Assembly (NCBI GenBank): GCA_010356995.1
Contig: ML996695.1
Location: forward strand, 877,061-941,060
From: Trichodelitschia bisporula
Taxonomy: Eukaryota
Direction: 5' to 3'
Length of the DNA stretch: 64,000 nucleotides
Below, piece by piece: positions 49,573-61,412 of this stretch. A program made the position numbers and the translations under genes. Position 1 is the first letter of the stretch, and every line of letters starts with the position of its first letter. The notes under the pieces are model-generated. The model was not told the DNA's origin and made no database searches. It worked only from the letters and a program-made list of their open reading frames with translations.

Positions 49573-52500
49573 TCAATATTTTTGCGGCGGTGAGCCGGTC
49601 GCAGGACTCGGCCCGCGGGAGAGGAACAACGGCCGGGGCGTCGGGTCCGTGTCGGATTCTTCGGCATGCGGAGGTTTGGGAGTAGCGACGTCGAACTCGG
49701 CACCGTCGGTCGCATCTGCTTGCGCAGAGGGAGCGAAGAGTTCGGGCGGTGTCAGCGTGCCGTGCTTTGTCTCTGATTCGTCAAGCTGCTGCTCAGCACT
49801 AGGAAGCTCGGCAATGGCGGGCGGGGGCGGAGGCAGCGTCTCCCTCACCGGTACGTCCTCAACCGAGACGACGCTCCCATGACTGTTGGTGCGAAGCATC
49901 TCAGTGCCGAGCTTTGATGAGCCCCTTGGCCGGCCGTTTTTGGGACTTTTGGTGCGAGCATGTGTGTTGCCGAGTTCCTCGTCTTCGTCGTCACCGGATT
50001 CCGCAGATTCGGGTTTCTTTTCTAGAGAACGACGTTTGAGGCTGGTGCGTTCGGTCGGAGTGCGTCGCCGAGGAGGTGAAGACGGGGGGTGTTCCAAAAC
50101 CGGAGGGGCGGATACTTGATGAGTGAGAACCGCCTTTGGCTCAGGCTCGACACCCGGACTTCCGCTGATACCTAAACCATCGAAGCCCTGGATGAGGTCC
50201 TTCTCTTGCCACTCATCAATTGCTTGCTGTCTGATAACCACGATTGCATCGTCTGCCCGAGAGTCCCCCTCTCCGAAGAAGCTCGAGCCGATGGAGTCTT
50301 GCCTGCTAGAGCCACGGTAGCTGCTCGAGGGAACGGTAGCGCCAAAGCTTGAAGAGTTGGAGATTGGACTATCTTCAACCCGACTGGATTCCTGGCGGAG
50401 TCCGGAGAGGGGCAGCGAGGCATACTGTTGAGGCGTCCAGTTCGGCGGTGGTGGCTTCCACTGACACAAGCGACCGAGAATATCAGTGAGTTTTGCAATG
50501 GTGGGAGGCTTGTCGATCAGACCATCGAAATGATGGCTCGGTGGCAGCTCCTTCAGGTAACCGGTGACGCACACAATTGGCGTACGGGTGTTCGCATTCT
50601 TTGTGTCACGAATCATGCGTGCGACGTCGGCTCCGTTGTTCTGGGGAAGCTTGTACTCCATCATGATCACGTCGAATTTCACCTCACTCATGGCGTACCG
50701 CATCGATTCCGGACCCGTTTGTGCAGTGATGGTGCGACACCGTAACTTCTCCAGGAGCTTCTCCATGACCAGTCGGGACACTGGATGGTCTTCGCAGACG
50801 AGCACGTCAAGAGGCCGAAACATAGGTCCCTCGAGTAAAGTGATCTGGGAAAGCCTCCTCGAGCTTTGCCGGCGCCGCTGAACGCGGAGAAGGGCCTTTT
50901 GACGCGGATCCTCATTATCCGAAGATGATGGAGAGGCCTCGATGACCTGACTGCGACGCTTGTGATGGTCTGTCACCAGGTTTTTGACGACGTCTTCACT
51001 TTCCTGGGAGCTCACAGTATGGGAGCGAGTCCTCGGTGACGTAACCTTGGCTACAGCTGGGTTGCTGATCGGCCTTTGCGTGGACAAACTCCGCTCATGG
51101 TGAGATGCGGACCCAACAGGCGACTTGGCAAGCTTGATGGGCGAACTCGAGGTGGTCTTCATATTGGACATCAGCCTGGGTGCATCAAAGAAGCTCCCCG
51201 GCTGCAGCGAGCTGCTGCTGTGCGATAGCGTGGATGAGCCGCTCGAGGTTTTCCGACGGTCCTCCCGCTGCCCGGCAGTAAACTGGACCAGAAGAGGGGA
51301 CGAAGGCTGCGATATGCGGTTCGGTGATGACGTCGTCTGAGTGAGCAAGAGCGGTGACGACGGCCTGGTATTCTTGCTAGCAGCCGACATTGTTCTCTTA
51401 AGCGGCATTGGCAATGGCATCTGCATCGGCACAATGGGGCTAGACTCGAGCGACGGAGCCGACGTCATTGATGGTGAGGTGAGCGTGGATACGGCTTTGG
51501 TCTGCGCTTGCATCGTCTCTGCCCGGAGCTTTTGGATCACATCCTTGTTTGCCTTTTCGAGAACGGGAAGGTTTTTGAAGGCAAAGTTTCCGAAATCGTC
51601 GGTGGCAACAGGCTCACTAAGCCTGCGGCTCCGGCCATCTCGAACATGAGCGGGGATGTGCAGTGGCATGAGAGTCCGCTTCATGGAGTTGACTTGTGAC
51701 CGTACGCGAGACAAGGCATCATGAGGGCGTTCCGGATAGTCCGCTCCAGGCGTTCCGGCAGACGAGGTTCCTTGGTCTTCGAATTCCGAAGCAAAGCTTT
51801 GCAAGGTGGCTCCGCGGGCATCAAAGTACTCGGTATCTTCCGGGTTTTCCGGAGCGGGAACGAAGGAGGCTTCGTCTTCGCGCAAGGTTTCCCAATTGAC
51901 ATCGGCGAACCAAGGATGGTTCTTGATTTCTTCTCCACCACTGGCAAATTGCTCGCCCACGTTTGCTCCAAGGCGATTCGACGGGTCAAGGCACATCAAC
52001 CTATTCATGAGATCCTTGGCTTCATCGGACACCGGACAGACTTCTTCTGGAGGCCAGTCAATCTCCCGTGCCAGGATGCGTTGGAAGACCTCCTCAGGTG
52101 TGTCCGCATGGAAGGGTGGATATCCAAAGAGGAACTCGAATAGTATGCATCCCATTGACCACCAATCACTGACTTCGTCCTGCCCAACACCATTGATAGT
52201 CTCTGGAGCGAGGTAATCCGGAGTGCCAACAAACTTCCGAGTGGTATCCTGGGGGTCAAATAGCGCAAGGTTAGGAGGCAACATTCCCGACGCCGTTACT
52301 GGAGGGGTATTGCTGATCTGCATCAAGCTGGTGTTACTGGCCACTGGATGAAGTAAGTATGGATCGGGAGAGTGGTTGTCTCCGTGGATAGAACCCTCGT
52401 CAATTGCTGAATGCGACCCATTCCCACTTTCATCCGCGATGGAAAGCTTCCGTAGCATGGATTGTAGGGCATCACTGTTTTCGCTGTCGCTCCTGCTCCC

Positions 52501-55432
52501 CGCTTTCGATGACTCGCGGTTTAGGCTGAAATAGGACGGTTGTCCGAGGTCCGTCTGAAAGGCGGGTGTCAGACTTGGAGTCTGGCTGGGCGAAGTGCCT
52601 CCCTGTATGTCGAAAGATGCTGACCGGGATGACCCAACCGAGATTGCGCGGTGGAATGGGCCTTGCTTGAGCAAGTCAGGAACCGGGGGCTCCGTCTTGT
52701 TGTTGAGAGCGCGCTTTTGTCGGCCCACAAGACCCATACGTGACAGACCAAAATCGGTGAGCTTAAGATGGCCGTTCTGGTCAATAAGCAAATTGTCGGG
52801 CTTCAAATCGCGGTGGACAATCCCGCGGCTGTGCAGATGCTCGACCCCAAGTACGACTTCCGCAAGGTACTTTTTCGCCCAGTCTTCGGGCAAGCCCCCG
52901 AGCACCTTGACAAGTGAAGCGCAGTCGCCGCCATTGAGATACTCCATAACAAGGTACAGGTAGTCCTTGCTCGAAAAGGTCCAGTAGAGTTTGGCAACAA
53001 AATCGCTCTCTCCTTGCCACATCATGATAGCGCGCTCAGCTTTGACGTTCGTGACTTGATTCTTCGCAACCATGTCGGCTTTCTTCAGCACTTTGATAGC
53101 AAAATAGTCGCCCGTAGACTTCTTCTTGGATAGGTAGACGCTCCCAAACGCTCCTTTGCTGATGGGCTTAATGATTTCAAAATCCTTGATTGACGGAGGG
53201 ACGGCACGGGGTTGCGGATGGCTACTGACAGCAGCAAGCCGTGGAGATACAGGGGGTCGGAACACTTCAGACGATGCAGTGGAGGACTGCCGCCGGTGGT
53301 GATGATTATACAGGTGCTGGGCTACGATCGAAGGTGACGAGAACTCGCTCGTCGATAATACAGGCGATGTGATCGGCGACTCCATCATTTCCACGCCACT
53401 TGGAAGCCTAGGCTTGGGCATCCGCAGAGGGGACGCCGGCACCGGAATGCTTCTAGCAGGCGACTGCCCTCTGCTGGACATGACGCTAGGAAGGATGAGG
53501 CTTCTGCGTTTTCGGTCGCGCGAACTCGTTACCCGGGTAAGGCTAAGTTCCGAGCCAGGCGAATCGACACGTCGTGGAAGGGATATCGCTGATGAAAGAA
53601 CGCTGCTATCGCTATCGGCACCCGTATCGCTCTCGAAGTGAATTGAAGCGCGGTTTGCGGGGCGTACTACGTTCGTTGGTCCACTGTTGGAGAAGTCCGT
53701 ATGCGAACGCGGCGTCTGTATGCCTCGAGGGCTGCTAGAACGCGTAGACGTGGCGGTAGACGAGGCCGGGCGGTTCAGGCGAGAGACCAACGATGCCTCG
53801 GAAGTGTTTCGCAAAGCCATTGCCATGGGCGACAGGTTCTCCGGCGAACATGAAAATATCTCTTCCGGGGGGCGCCCTTCGGGAGGGGGATCGGCTTCAT
53901 TGACAATCGGATCTGCCACACCCTCCTCCTCCTCCTCGCTCGAGTCGCTGATTTCACCCGCGGCCAGACGCCTCGCCTTCTCCATTGCAGCATCTATGCA
54001 CTCTGAAACTAACAGATCAAATTCAATGCGAATGCGCTCGGAGTACTCCAAGATTTTACGGTGCCGGAAGATGGCATCTACTTTGGCCCTGGCGAGCTTT
54101 GAAGTGTCCTCGCACAGAGCTGCAAGGCCTGGCTCTGCTTCAAATGTAAGTGCCCCTGGAGACTGCCATTGAAGAACCTGTGCGGACCGGCTCTCTGACT
54201 GCGGTGACTGCGTACGAAACTCTCCTGGTGGCTGACCACGGGTTTCCTTCAAGGCAGGCGTATTTATTTCCAAAGCGGTATCGCAGAGATCCAATACCAG
54301 TTCAACCATACGAGCGATGGGTCGCCGTATAGCAAAAGATGGTCCTCGGTGATGGCCAAACCCTTTGCTGGAGCGGTCTCGGCTGCGAGAAGGAGAGGCA
54401 GGGGACGCACGTCCCGACGATGGCCCCGAAGAAGGCGTGGAGGCAGATCCAATGGGGAAACCTTTGTACTCCAGCACAGCCGGAAGCGCAGGAGCAATTT
54501 CACCAGTTGATCGGGGCTGACGAGAACGAGTTTCCAAGGCATCGAGCACACGTACGATGCAGAGACGTTGTTCAACCAAGCTCTCGTGAGCCAGCTGAAC
54601 TTCCATCTCTGCCTTGTGCTCTTGAAGACAGAGCTCCGTGTGCTTTTCAAACCACCATGGAGTAATCTGGCGCTCGCAAATCCTGCAGAGAACCGGCAGA
54701 GGGGGTGGATGCTGCGCAGGGTCGTTCGCTCCGACCTCGGCCAAAGCCGTAAGATACCTTGCGAGCATCTCAGCCCCAACCCCGAGGGACTCGACGAGTA
54801 CCGATGGCAGATCGATGGTTACTTCGCGAATGACATAAGGACGGATCATCCACATAGTCTAATTGAATTAGTAGTTTCTCTACACAGATGCTGCCGAAAC
54901 TTACGTGACTCTCACCCCCTGAAGTACGGTCATACACCATGATGCCCTGGCCTTCGAGGCAAATTGTCGGATCCTCGACTGGCTCTTCCGGGGCAGGCGT
55001 CTCCTCTCCGGGACCTTCCTTCGAATGTGCATGTTTCCGACGAAAAGATGAGTTGGGACCCAGAGGGACAACGAAACGAACGATCTGGCTGCGAGAGTCA
55101 TCCTTGCGCATAGACTCAATTGCTTCTTCAAATGCCGTCTTGTCCTCGAGCAGGATATCCGCTATGTTCTTCCCTCGAATGGATTCTGGGGGTGTTCCGA
55201 CCACATCACTCCATGACGGGCTAATCCAACGAATCGAGCCGTCAAGACCGAGGTCCATGATAATATTCAGGCTGTGCTCCGCCGCCTCTTTCAGGTCCTG
55301 GCGCTCCACGCGAAAGTCTTCGCTAACCGTCCTCTCCATCCGACCACGATATGGGTCACGACCGGCGGGATCGTCTCTGAGTGCAGCGACGGACCGCGCC
55401 ATAGGCGGCGGCTGGAGAGCGGGGTTTGACAT
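49573..55432 (-). CDS. RIM15: Greatwall-family kinase Rim15/Cek1 (PAS, C2HC finger, split kinase, receiver domain)
   Basis: PAS (WISPSW..VVG), CRICE...HTELC, IKPISKGAFGSV, HRDLKPDN, DFGLS, FVGTPDYLAPE, VLVCEDHPV; intron 54859-54904. Confidence 0.96.
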
Positions 55433-56037
55433 GGCGGTCAAGTGTGATTTGTTTGCAGAGAGGGCTTGGAGTTAACAGACACGGGGTAGTCTGCCCGGAG
55501 GCAGACGGAATGGAAGGCTATATGGCGATCGGTGACAGTCCCATCATGCCAATCGTTCTGGATGGGCAACCGCCAGTCTTGCTGTGAGTGTGTACGTGTG
55601 TTTGTTCGCGTGTGTACAACAGAGGGGAGCGGGGGAGCTCGATACGCGGTAGAGAGCGGAGCGCCGGCAGGGTCCTTATGATTTACAAGGCGCAAAGTGA
55701 GGGCGAGAAGGGCGAGTGGCTTGAGGGTTGAAGGGTGCTGGTGGAAATCTTTGAAGGTTAACGAGTGGGAACTGCGAGAATGATTGCGAGGAGGGGTGGT
55801 TGCTGTTGGATGTCAAAGGCAGATAAAAGCGTTGGCGGACGAGGAAGGAAGCACCATAGTTTGGCGTTTAGAGAGCGATTGAACGATATCAGAAGGGGCA
55901 AAAGTGGTGTTTTGCAAAGGCACACACACTTAGGCCTTGAGATGGAAGGGATGGGTTTGGATAGGATCACAAGTTGTTGCAGCAGCGCGATGCGGTGAGC
56001 AAAGCAGCAAGCAGCAGAAAGAGCGTAGAGCCAGTTT

Positions 56038-56055
56038 AGAGAGAGAGAGAGAGAG
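56038..56055. repeat. (AG)n microsatellite upstream of RIM15 (CT-rich on the RIM15 strand)
   Basis: AGAGAGAGAGAGAGAGAG. Confidence 0.85.
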
Positions 56056-56550
56056 CGATTGAGGGGTGGTGTGGCTTCGGCAAGTGGATAGGATAATGGC
56101 CACAAGGATGTGAGCCAAACTCGTCTTGCCATTGGTCAGCTTCAGACGCACATGATCCAACTCGGTCTGAGCGTATGATCGTTCGGCCAGCGAGACTCTT
56201 TCACCTCTTCAGTGATCTCATTTCTTAACTTTTTGTTTTTACTTCTTCAAGAGCTAAGGTATAAGACACATGAAGGAGATCAGAAAGGCCTCAAACTTCT
56301 ATATTTTGCCTTGGGCAGTCAAAGGCGGAGGGGCGGAGGGGCGGAGGGGTGCGGAGACTACTGCAGAAGGGAGAAAAGAGAGGGCCTCCCACGTATCCCC
56401 TCCTGCAACTTGGGCGGGAACTGCGGGATTACAGCGGGGGGTCCGCCTAATGCACAGCTATTTCCTGCCCCACTCCACTTGCACTCTCTCACGCTTCAGC
56501 TGTATACGGGCTGTGTCCAAACACCAAACATTTTATCACACCCCTTCCCT

Positions 56551-56670
56551 CACTCACGCACTCCCCTCCACTCACGCACTCCCCTCACTCACGCACTCCC
56601 CTCACTCACGCACTCCCCTCACTCACGCACTCCCCTCACTCACGCACTCCCCTCACTCACGCACCCCCCT
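56551..56670. repeat. 17-bp minisatellite CACTCACGCACTCCCCT x7
   Basis: Seven head-to-tail copies, one inserted C after copy 1 and one substitution in copy 7. Confidence 0.97.
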
Positions 56671-57199
56671 CACTCCCTTCCCCTCACCCCGGCTCTCCCA
56701 ACCCGCAGGGTCGCCGCGGGATTGCCTTGCCTTGCATTTCTAAATTCTCGCCGGGCCACGCCTTGGGTCGTTGCCCTCGAACCCGACGGTCACAACGCGA
56801 CGCTTCCCCGCCCAGCAATCCCCAAGGAAAACCGCTTAGAACTTCCCCCCCTCCTTGTTGCCAATCGTGCTTTCTCACTGGCCCCCAAACAAACTCCCTT
56901 CCACCAGGGCGTACTGCATCCCAAAATGTCAGGTTCATCCCCCACGGTTTTTGCTTCTCCCATCTCGAGAGAGCAATTTTTTGTCCATTCGCGAGCTTGA
57001 CAAACTTTCTAGGTGTTCATGTGTTCCCCATGGCCTGCCTGTCGTGCCGGTTGGCCTGGAGACTTGCGTCCCGGACACTCGTTGCTGGTGAAATGCACGG
57101 CTCCCGCGTGCGGCATTCTTGCATGCCTTCCTTGCTCCGTCTTACCTCTCCAATCGCCTCCCGGTCGTCTGCGCGGGGCCCGTTTCACGGGAACGACGT

Positions 57200-58850
57200 T
57201 GCTGGCAATGCCCAGCATGGATCCTCATGACAGCTGCAGCGGCCCTCCTCAATTTGTCTGGAGTGCCCATGGCAACAGGCCGAGCGCAACTCTTCATCCG
57301 TTGATGCACCCCCCGCCACTCTGCATATGGAGATGCCGCAGCAACCTCATGAGAGGTGATGGCGGTGTTTTTGGGGTTTCGCTGCAGTGCTTCTGCCGCC
57401 TGCATTGTTCCAGCATCCGGGCATGCACAAGGCATCCCGCGATGCGATGCCAACTCCACCCTGGACATCAAACTCCGAAAATAAAAGGTCGGGCCGGATC
57501 AGCGTATCGTGGTCCTTGCGGAGGTCGATTCCAAACATCGGCGATTTATGCTTCTTAGGCGTCTTGGTCTTCCACGGTGGACGATCGTAAGCCGCTTAAC
57601 GTGAGGGAGATGCAGCTAGATCCGGCCCTCTATCCCGTGGAGAGCACCCCTCACTGGGAATAAGCTTACATTCCGACTGACCTAGATTATTTGAGTCTAG
57701 GTCCGCTCTTCATTCCCAAGGCCCTACATATTGTGAGGGTGGCCCCCATTACGGAGCATATGGCCTTGCAGCCCGCCGAGTATCTGCTCTGGTGCAACGA
57801 GCCGAGTGTCTCAGTAATTATCGTCCGGTGCCGCAGCCAGCTTTGAAACACCCTGCAACGAAATGCACCAAGAGTTCTGCGGGTTAGGGACTAATATTAG
57901 ACGCGGACTATGACGTCCGTTGAATGTTTAGTTAGTCTGATATGTCGGTCGAGAACCCTTACGTATTATCTCTTGCCAATACAGTTTGCGTCTCGACCTT
58001 TGGCTTCTCCGGTTGATTAGTTCTCTGCAGAGTAACCCTTGGCCGCTACCGTGTGGCGAGCCTCGCATTAGAAGAATAGTGTCCCATGGGATTGCTCAAG
58101 AGAATGCTTCGGTCCTCGCGACCTCTAGTCGGAGGGTAACAACGTAGCCATGTCGCACCGTTGGAGCGAGGAATTCTCGACCCCGCATTCACGCGGCCTA
58201 GTTCAAACTTTAAATCTGCTTCCACATGATGGCTTCTGTGCTCTCTGCTCGGCTCAGCCAGTGGTATCCTGATTCCGGTACCTCCAAAAATGTAAGCATA
58301 TTGGCGGAATCCTGCGAGCATCCTTTGATGTTGCCCGACGCGGCTTGCCAAGGCAGTTGAGGTTGCCTCTTACGAAAGAAGGAGCCGCGTCGTTCCTTTA
58401 CTTCCAGAGTACTTGAGCTGCTAACTGAAACTGGCCAGAATGCTTCTGGCTGGGAGTCTCTTTGAACTTTGTGTCCCGTCAGATACATCTGCATCCATCG
58501 AAGGTTAAGGTAACGTGATCTGACAGCACTTACCTGTAGCTCTCGCCTCGCCAGGACAACTGGACGCCGTGACTCATCCGAGGGCGAAGTTGCCTGGTGT
58601 TGCCTTCTTGTAGCCTGACACCCTCTGACGCGTTTCAAGATGTTGAGGATAGGCAGCTCTTCACCAGAGACGCGTCCAGTCGGCGGCAGAATACTCGTAT
58701 ATCATTGAGTCTGTTGCCAGCAGGCCGGCTACAAGGCTCCGCAGACCGATGGCGGAGAAGCAGCGCGCACGGTCCATCCCCATTCGACGAGGGGCCTCAG
58801 GGTTCAGGGAAAGTAGCTAATCACTTCACTAACTTTCCCAACTATTGGCT
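57200..58850 (+). ncRNA. Candidate long structured non-coding RNA (identity unknown)
   Basis: No credible protein; at least 15 mostly nested 7-11 bp helices, several with G-U pairs on the + strand. Boundaries approximate. Confidence 0.55.
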
Positions 58851-59132
58851 CCGACGCGTCCAACAGACACTCCCTTAACAGCATCCACGACGGAACGGCG
58901 AATTGTATGCTAGAGGCTTTTACGGGCTCCCTCTGCGTCTGTCAGGGCCGTGGTGCTTGATTTCCTCGAACGCGCGCTACTCTCCCTCCCCTGTCCACGT
59001 TCTCTATCGCCGCCAACTTCACCTGTACGACACCTCCTCCGTCGTCTTCAATTGCCACCTCATCCACGACTTACGATGTACATCAGCTCGGACATCTTTC
59101 GCCCCTCCGTCAGCTTCGAACGCGATGCAAAG

Positions 59133-59766
59133 ATGGAGGGGAACCAGCAGTCTGGAAGCTCGAATATTCTGAACTCGTTTGGCAAGAGGAAAAGGACGGC
59201 GGATGTTCACGACGGCCGGTCTACGGTTTCCACTATGTACGTGAGGCAGCAGGACTCCTTTCGTAAACGACCTTTCTGACGGCTGCTCTAGCAGCCCCGA
59301 CAGCAAACTCAGACTACGCTTCCAGACTTTCGAGAACATCTACAGCTCCGGCTCTGGTCAGACCAGTGCAACGTCCGATCATCACGTTCAGACGAACAGC
59401 CCCCGCGCCTCGCCTCCGATCAAGACCCGCCGTATCCTCATCGCCTCGAAGAGCCTCCGGGCTGCCACTGCGAAGTTAGCCGCTGACAACACCACCAAAC
59501 CAATCATAATACCATCTCCCGCACCACCTGAACTGCTCGCTCCTTGCCACGTCTGCCACAAGGCGCCACGCCAAAAGCGCGACCTCGAATCGTACGAAAG
59601 CTGCTGGCGTTGTAAGAAGCGGTCTTGTTACATTTGTATCCGGCAGTGCGAGGCACAGTGCGGAGGCCGGAAGATATGTCGCGAGTGCTGCGTCGAGCGA
59701 GGTGAAGATGGCGACGTCTTCTGCCTAGACTGTCTCCAGAAGGAGGATCTTGAGATGCAAGAATAG
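59133..59766 (+). CDS. Small Cys-rich zinc-finger protein, SIVA-like pattern
   Basis: Exon 2 absent from ORF track. Intron 59237-59291 (GTACGT...CTGAC...TAG); KRKR near N-terminus; C-terminus CHVC...CWRCKKRSCYICIRQCEAQCGGRKICRECC...VFCLDCL. In-frame upstream ATG at 59076. Confidence 0.85.
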
Positions 59767-60440
59767 GGTCTTTTCGTCAGCGCCATTACCACGGATTCAC
59801 AGGAGTTATGGGTCCACAGGATATATCATGGTCATGGTTCGGCGCCCAGAGCTACGGCAGGGTGTTGTTCACAGCCGGCGTAGTCATCGAGTGGTAATTA
59901 TCATCTAGGGCGCGGGATGTGGCATTTTCAGCCTAACGGTGTTTCTTGGAGCGTTCATTGTACATAAACTTCTGTATCTACGTTGCGTTGGCCCCTTCCA
60001 TATCACTTGCTTGTAAGGGGCATGAAACGCCGACTTCGCCGCATCGGTGCTTTCCCTCTTGCTGTGACTCGAGCGGCGTCTGCCTATTTATGGCTTCCTC
60101 CACTTCCCATACTTTAACTCTGGTCCATCTCAGTACACAGCCAGACGACGGAATAACCGATCCTTCGCTCGAAGCCTAAAAACCAGGGCTCCGTATTTTT
60201 ATAGCCGCTTAACCCCGCCACATCTCAACCCCTCCCATACTTCGTCTCCAGTCCATCTCCGCGCATGGTCAGCCAACACAACAACCTCTCTCCCGCTCGA
60301 ACCCCAACCCAAGGCTCCGCCCTTACATAACCGGTTCAACCCCTCCACCTCTCGACCCATCAGCCCCTCACCTCTCAGCCCTAACCCCCACAAACGCCAC
60401 ACCCGTACATCGCAACGTACCACGTACGCTTCAACAACAT

Positions 60441-61412
60441 ATGGCCCGCAACCCGGGCTCCTCCCCTCCCCTCCCCTCCCTACCGCAAACACAAACAACA
60501 TCACAATCAGCCTCTCCGGAAAGCCAACAACCAAACCCTCACCGAGCCAACAGCCCTTCCTCCTCACCCGACTCCTCCTCCACAGTTCAACCTCCAACCT
60601 CCCCCGCCATGGACCCAACACCCCCCAAAAGCTCCCCCCCCGAACCATCTTCCATACCACTCCCGCCCTCAACAACACTCACACATACCGATCCCACGCG
60701 CCCCATCCCCGAACCCCTCAACCCAATCGAAGTCGCCACGGCCCTAAAACGCATGAAGCCATACCGCAACCACGGCTCCCAACCCCACCACCACAAGCCC
60801 CCCCCCCCGCAACAACCCCCCGCCCCCACTCTCCCCCCCAACCCCGCCCTCCCGCGCCCACCCTCCAAACCCTTCTCAGGCGACAACCCCGACGCGCTCG
60901 CCCTGCGCTCCACGCTCTCGATCCTGCAACTGCAGCGACAGCAAGCAGAGCGCGACATGGTAGCGCTGGCGCGGCAGCGCGACGCCGCGTTGCGCGATCC
61001 GGAGGCCTTTGTCGCGGAGGTGCAGCGCCGCGGTGGCAAGAGCGAGGGGGGTGGGGCCGGGGGTGTTTTGGGGCCGACGTTGGCGGGGGTGCTGAGGGCG
61101 GGGAGAGGGGGGGAGGAGGAGAGTGGGGGAAATGGGGAAGGGAAGGAGGGGGGGGTTGGACGGTTGCCGGTGCCACAGAATGTCGTGCGCGCGCCGCCGA
61201 TTAATTGGGCGAAGTATGGGGTTGTTGGGGCGGGGTTGGAGCGGATTCATGAGGATTTGAAGGCGAGGCCGGTGGAGGGGGTGCCGGAGGGAGTGTTGGA
61301 GGGGAATGGTGGGGCGAAGAGGGAGGCATATGTGCTTGCGGCGCCGTATTCGCCGTTTGCTGATGAGGAAAAGCTGAAGCAGCAGGTGAAGATGGGGGAG
61401 AAACAGGATTGA
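60441..61412 (+). CDS. Protein with ZZZ3/Ahc2-like helical domain
   Basis: NPDALALRSTLSILQLQRQQAERDMVAL....DAALRDPEAFV and LPVPQNVVRAPPINWAKY; start may be ATG ~60609. Confidence 0.75.
   Translation: MARNPGSSPPLPSLPQTQTTSQSASPESQQPNPHRANSPSSSPDSSSTVQPPTSPAMDPTPPKSSPPEPSSIPLPPSTTLTHTDPTRPIPEPLNPIEVATALKRMKPYRNHGSQPHHHKPPPPQQPPAPTLPPNPALPRPPSKPFSGDNPDALALRSTLSILQLQRQQAERDMVALARQRDAALRDPEAFVAEVQRRGGKSEGGGAGGVLGPTLAGVLRAGRGGEEESGGNGEGKEGGVGRLPVPQNVVRAPPINWAKYGVVGAGLERIHEDLKARPVEGVPEGVLEGNGGAKREAYVLAAPYSPFADEEKLKQQVKMGEKQD

Noticed and set aside
56551..56670. Tandem repeat considered as CRISPR array or telomere
   Set aside because: No unique spacers, eukaryotic context, internal location, not TTAGGG-like.
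58489..58536. ACTTACCTG resembling the U1 snRNA 5' end, or a minus-strand 45-nt intron (CAG|GTAAGT...TTAAC...CAG)
   Set aside because: No U1-70K or U1A loops or Sm site follow, and the spliced minus-strand frame is not protein-like; an antisense non-coding transcript cannot be excluded.
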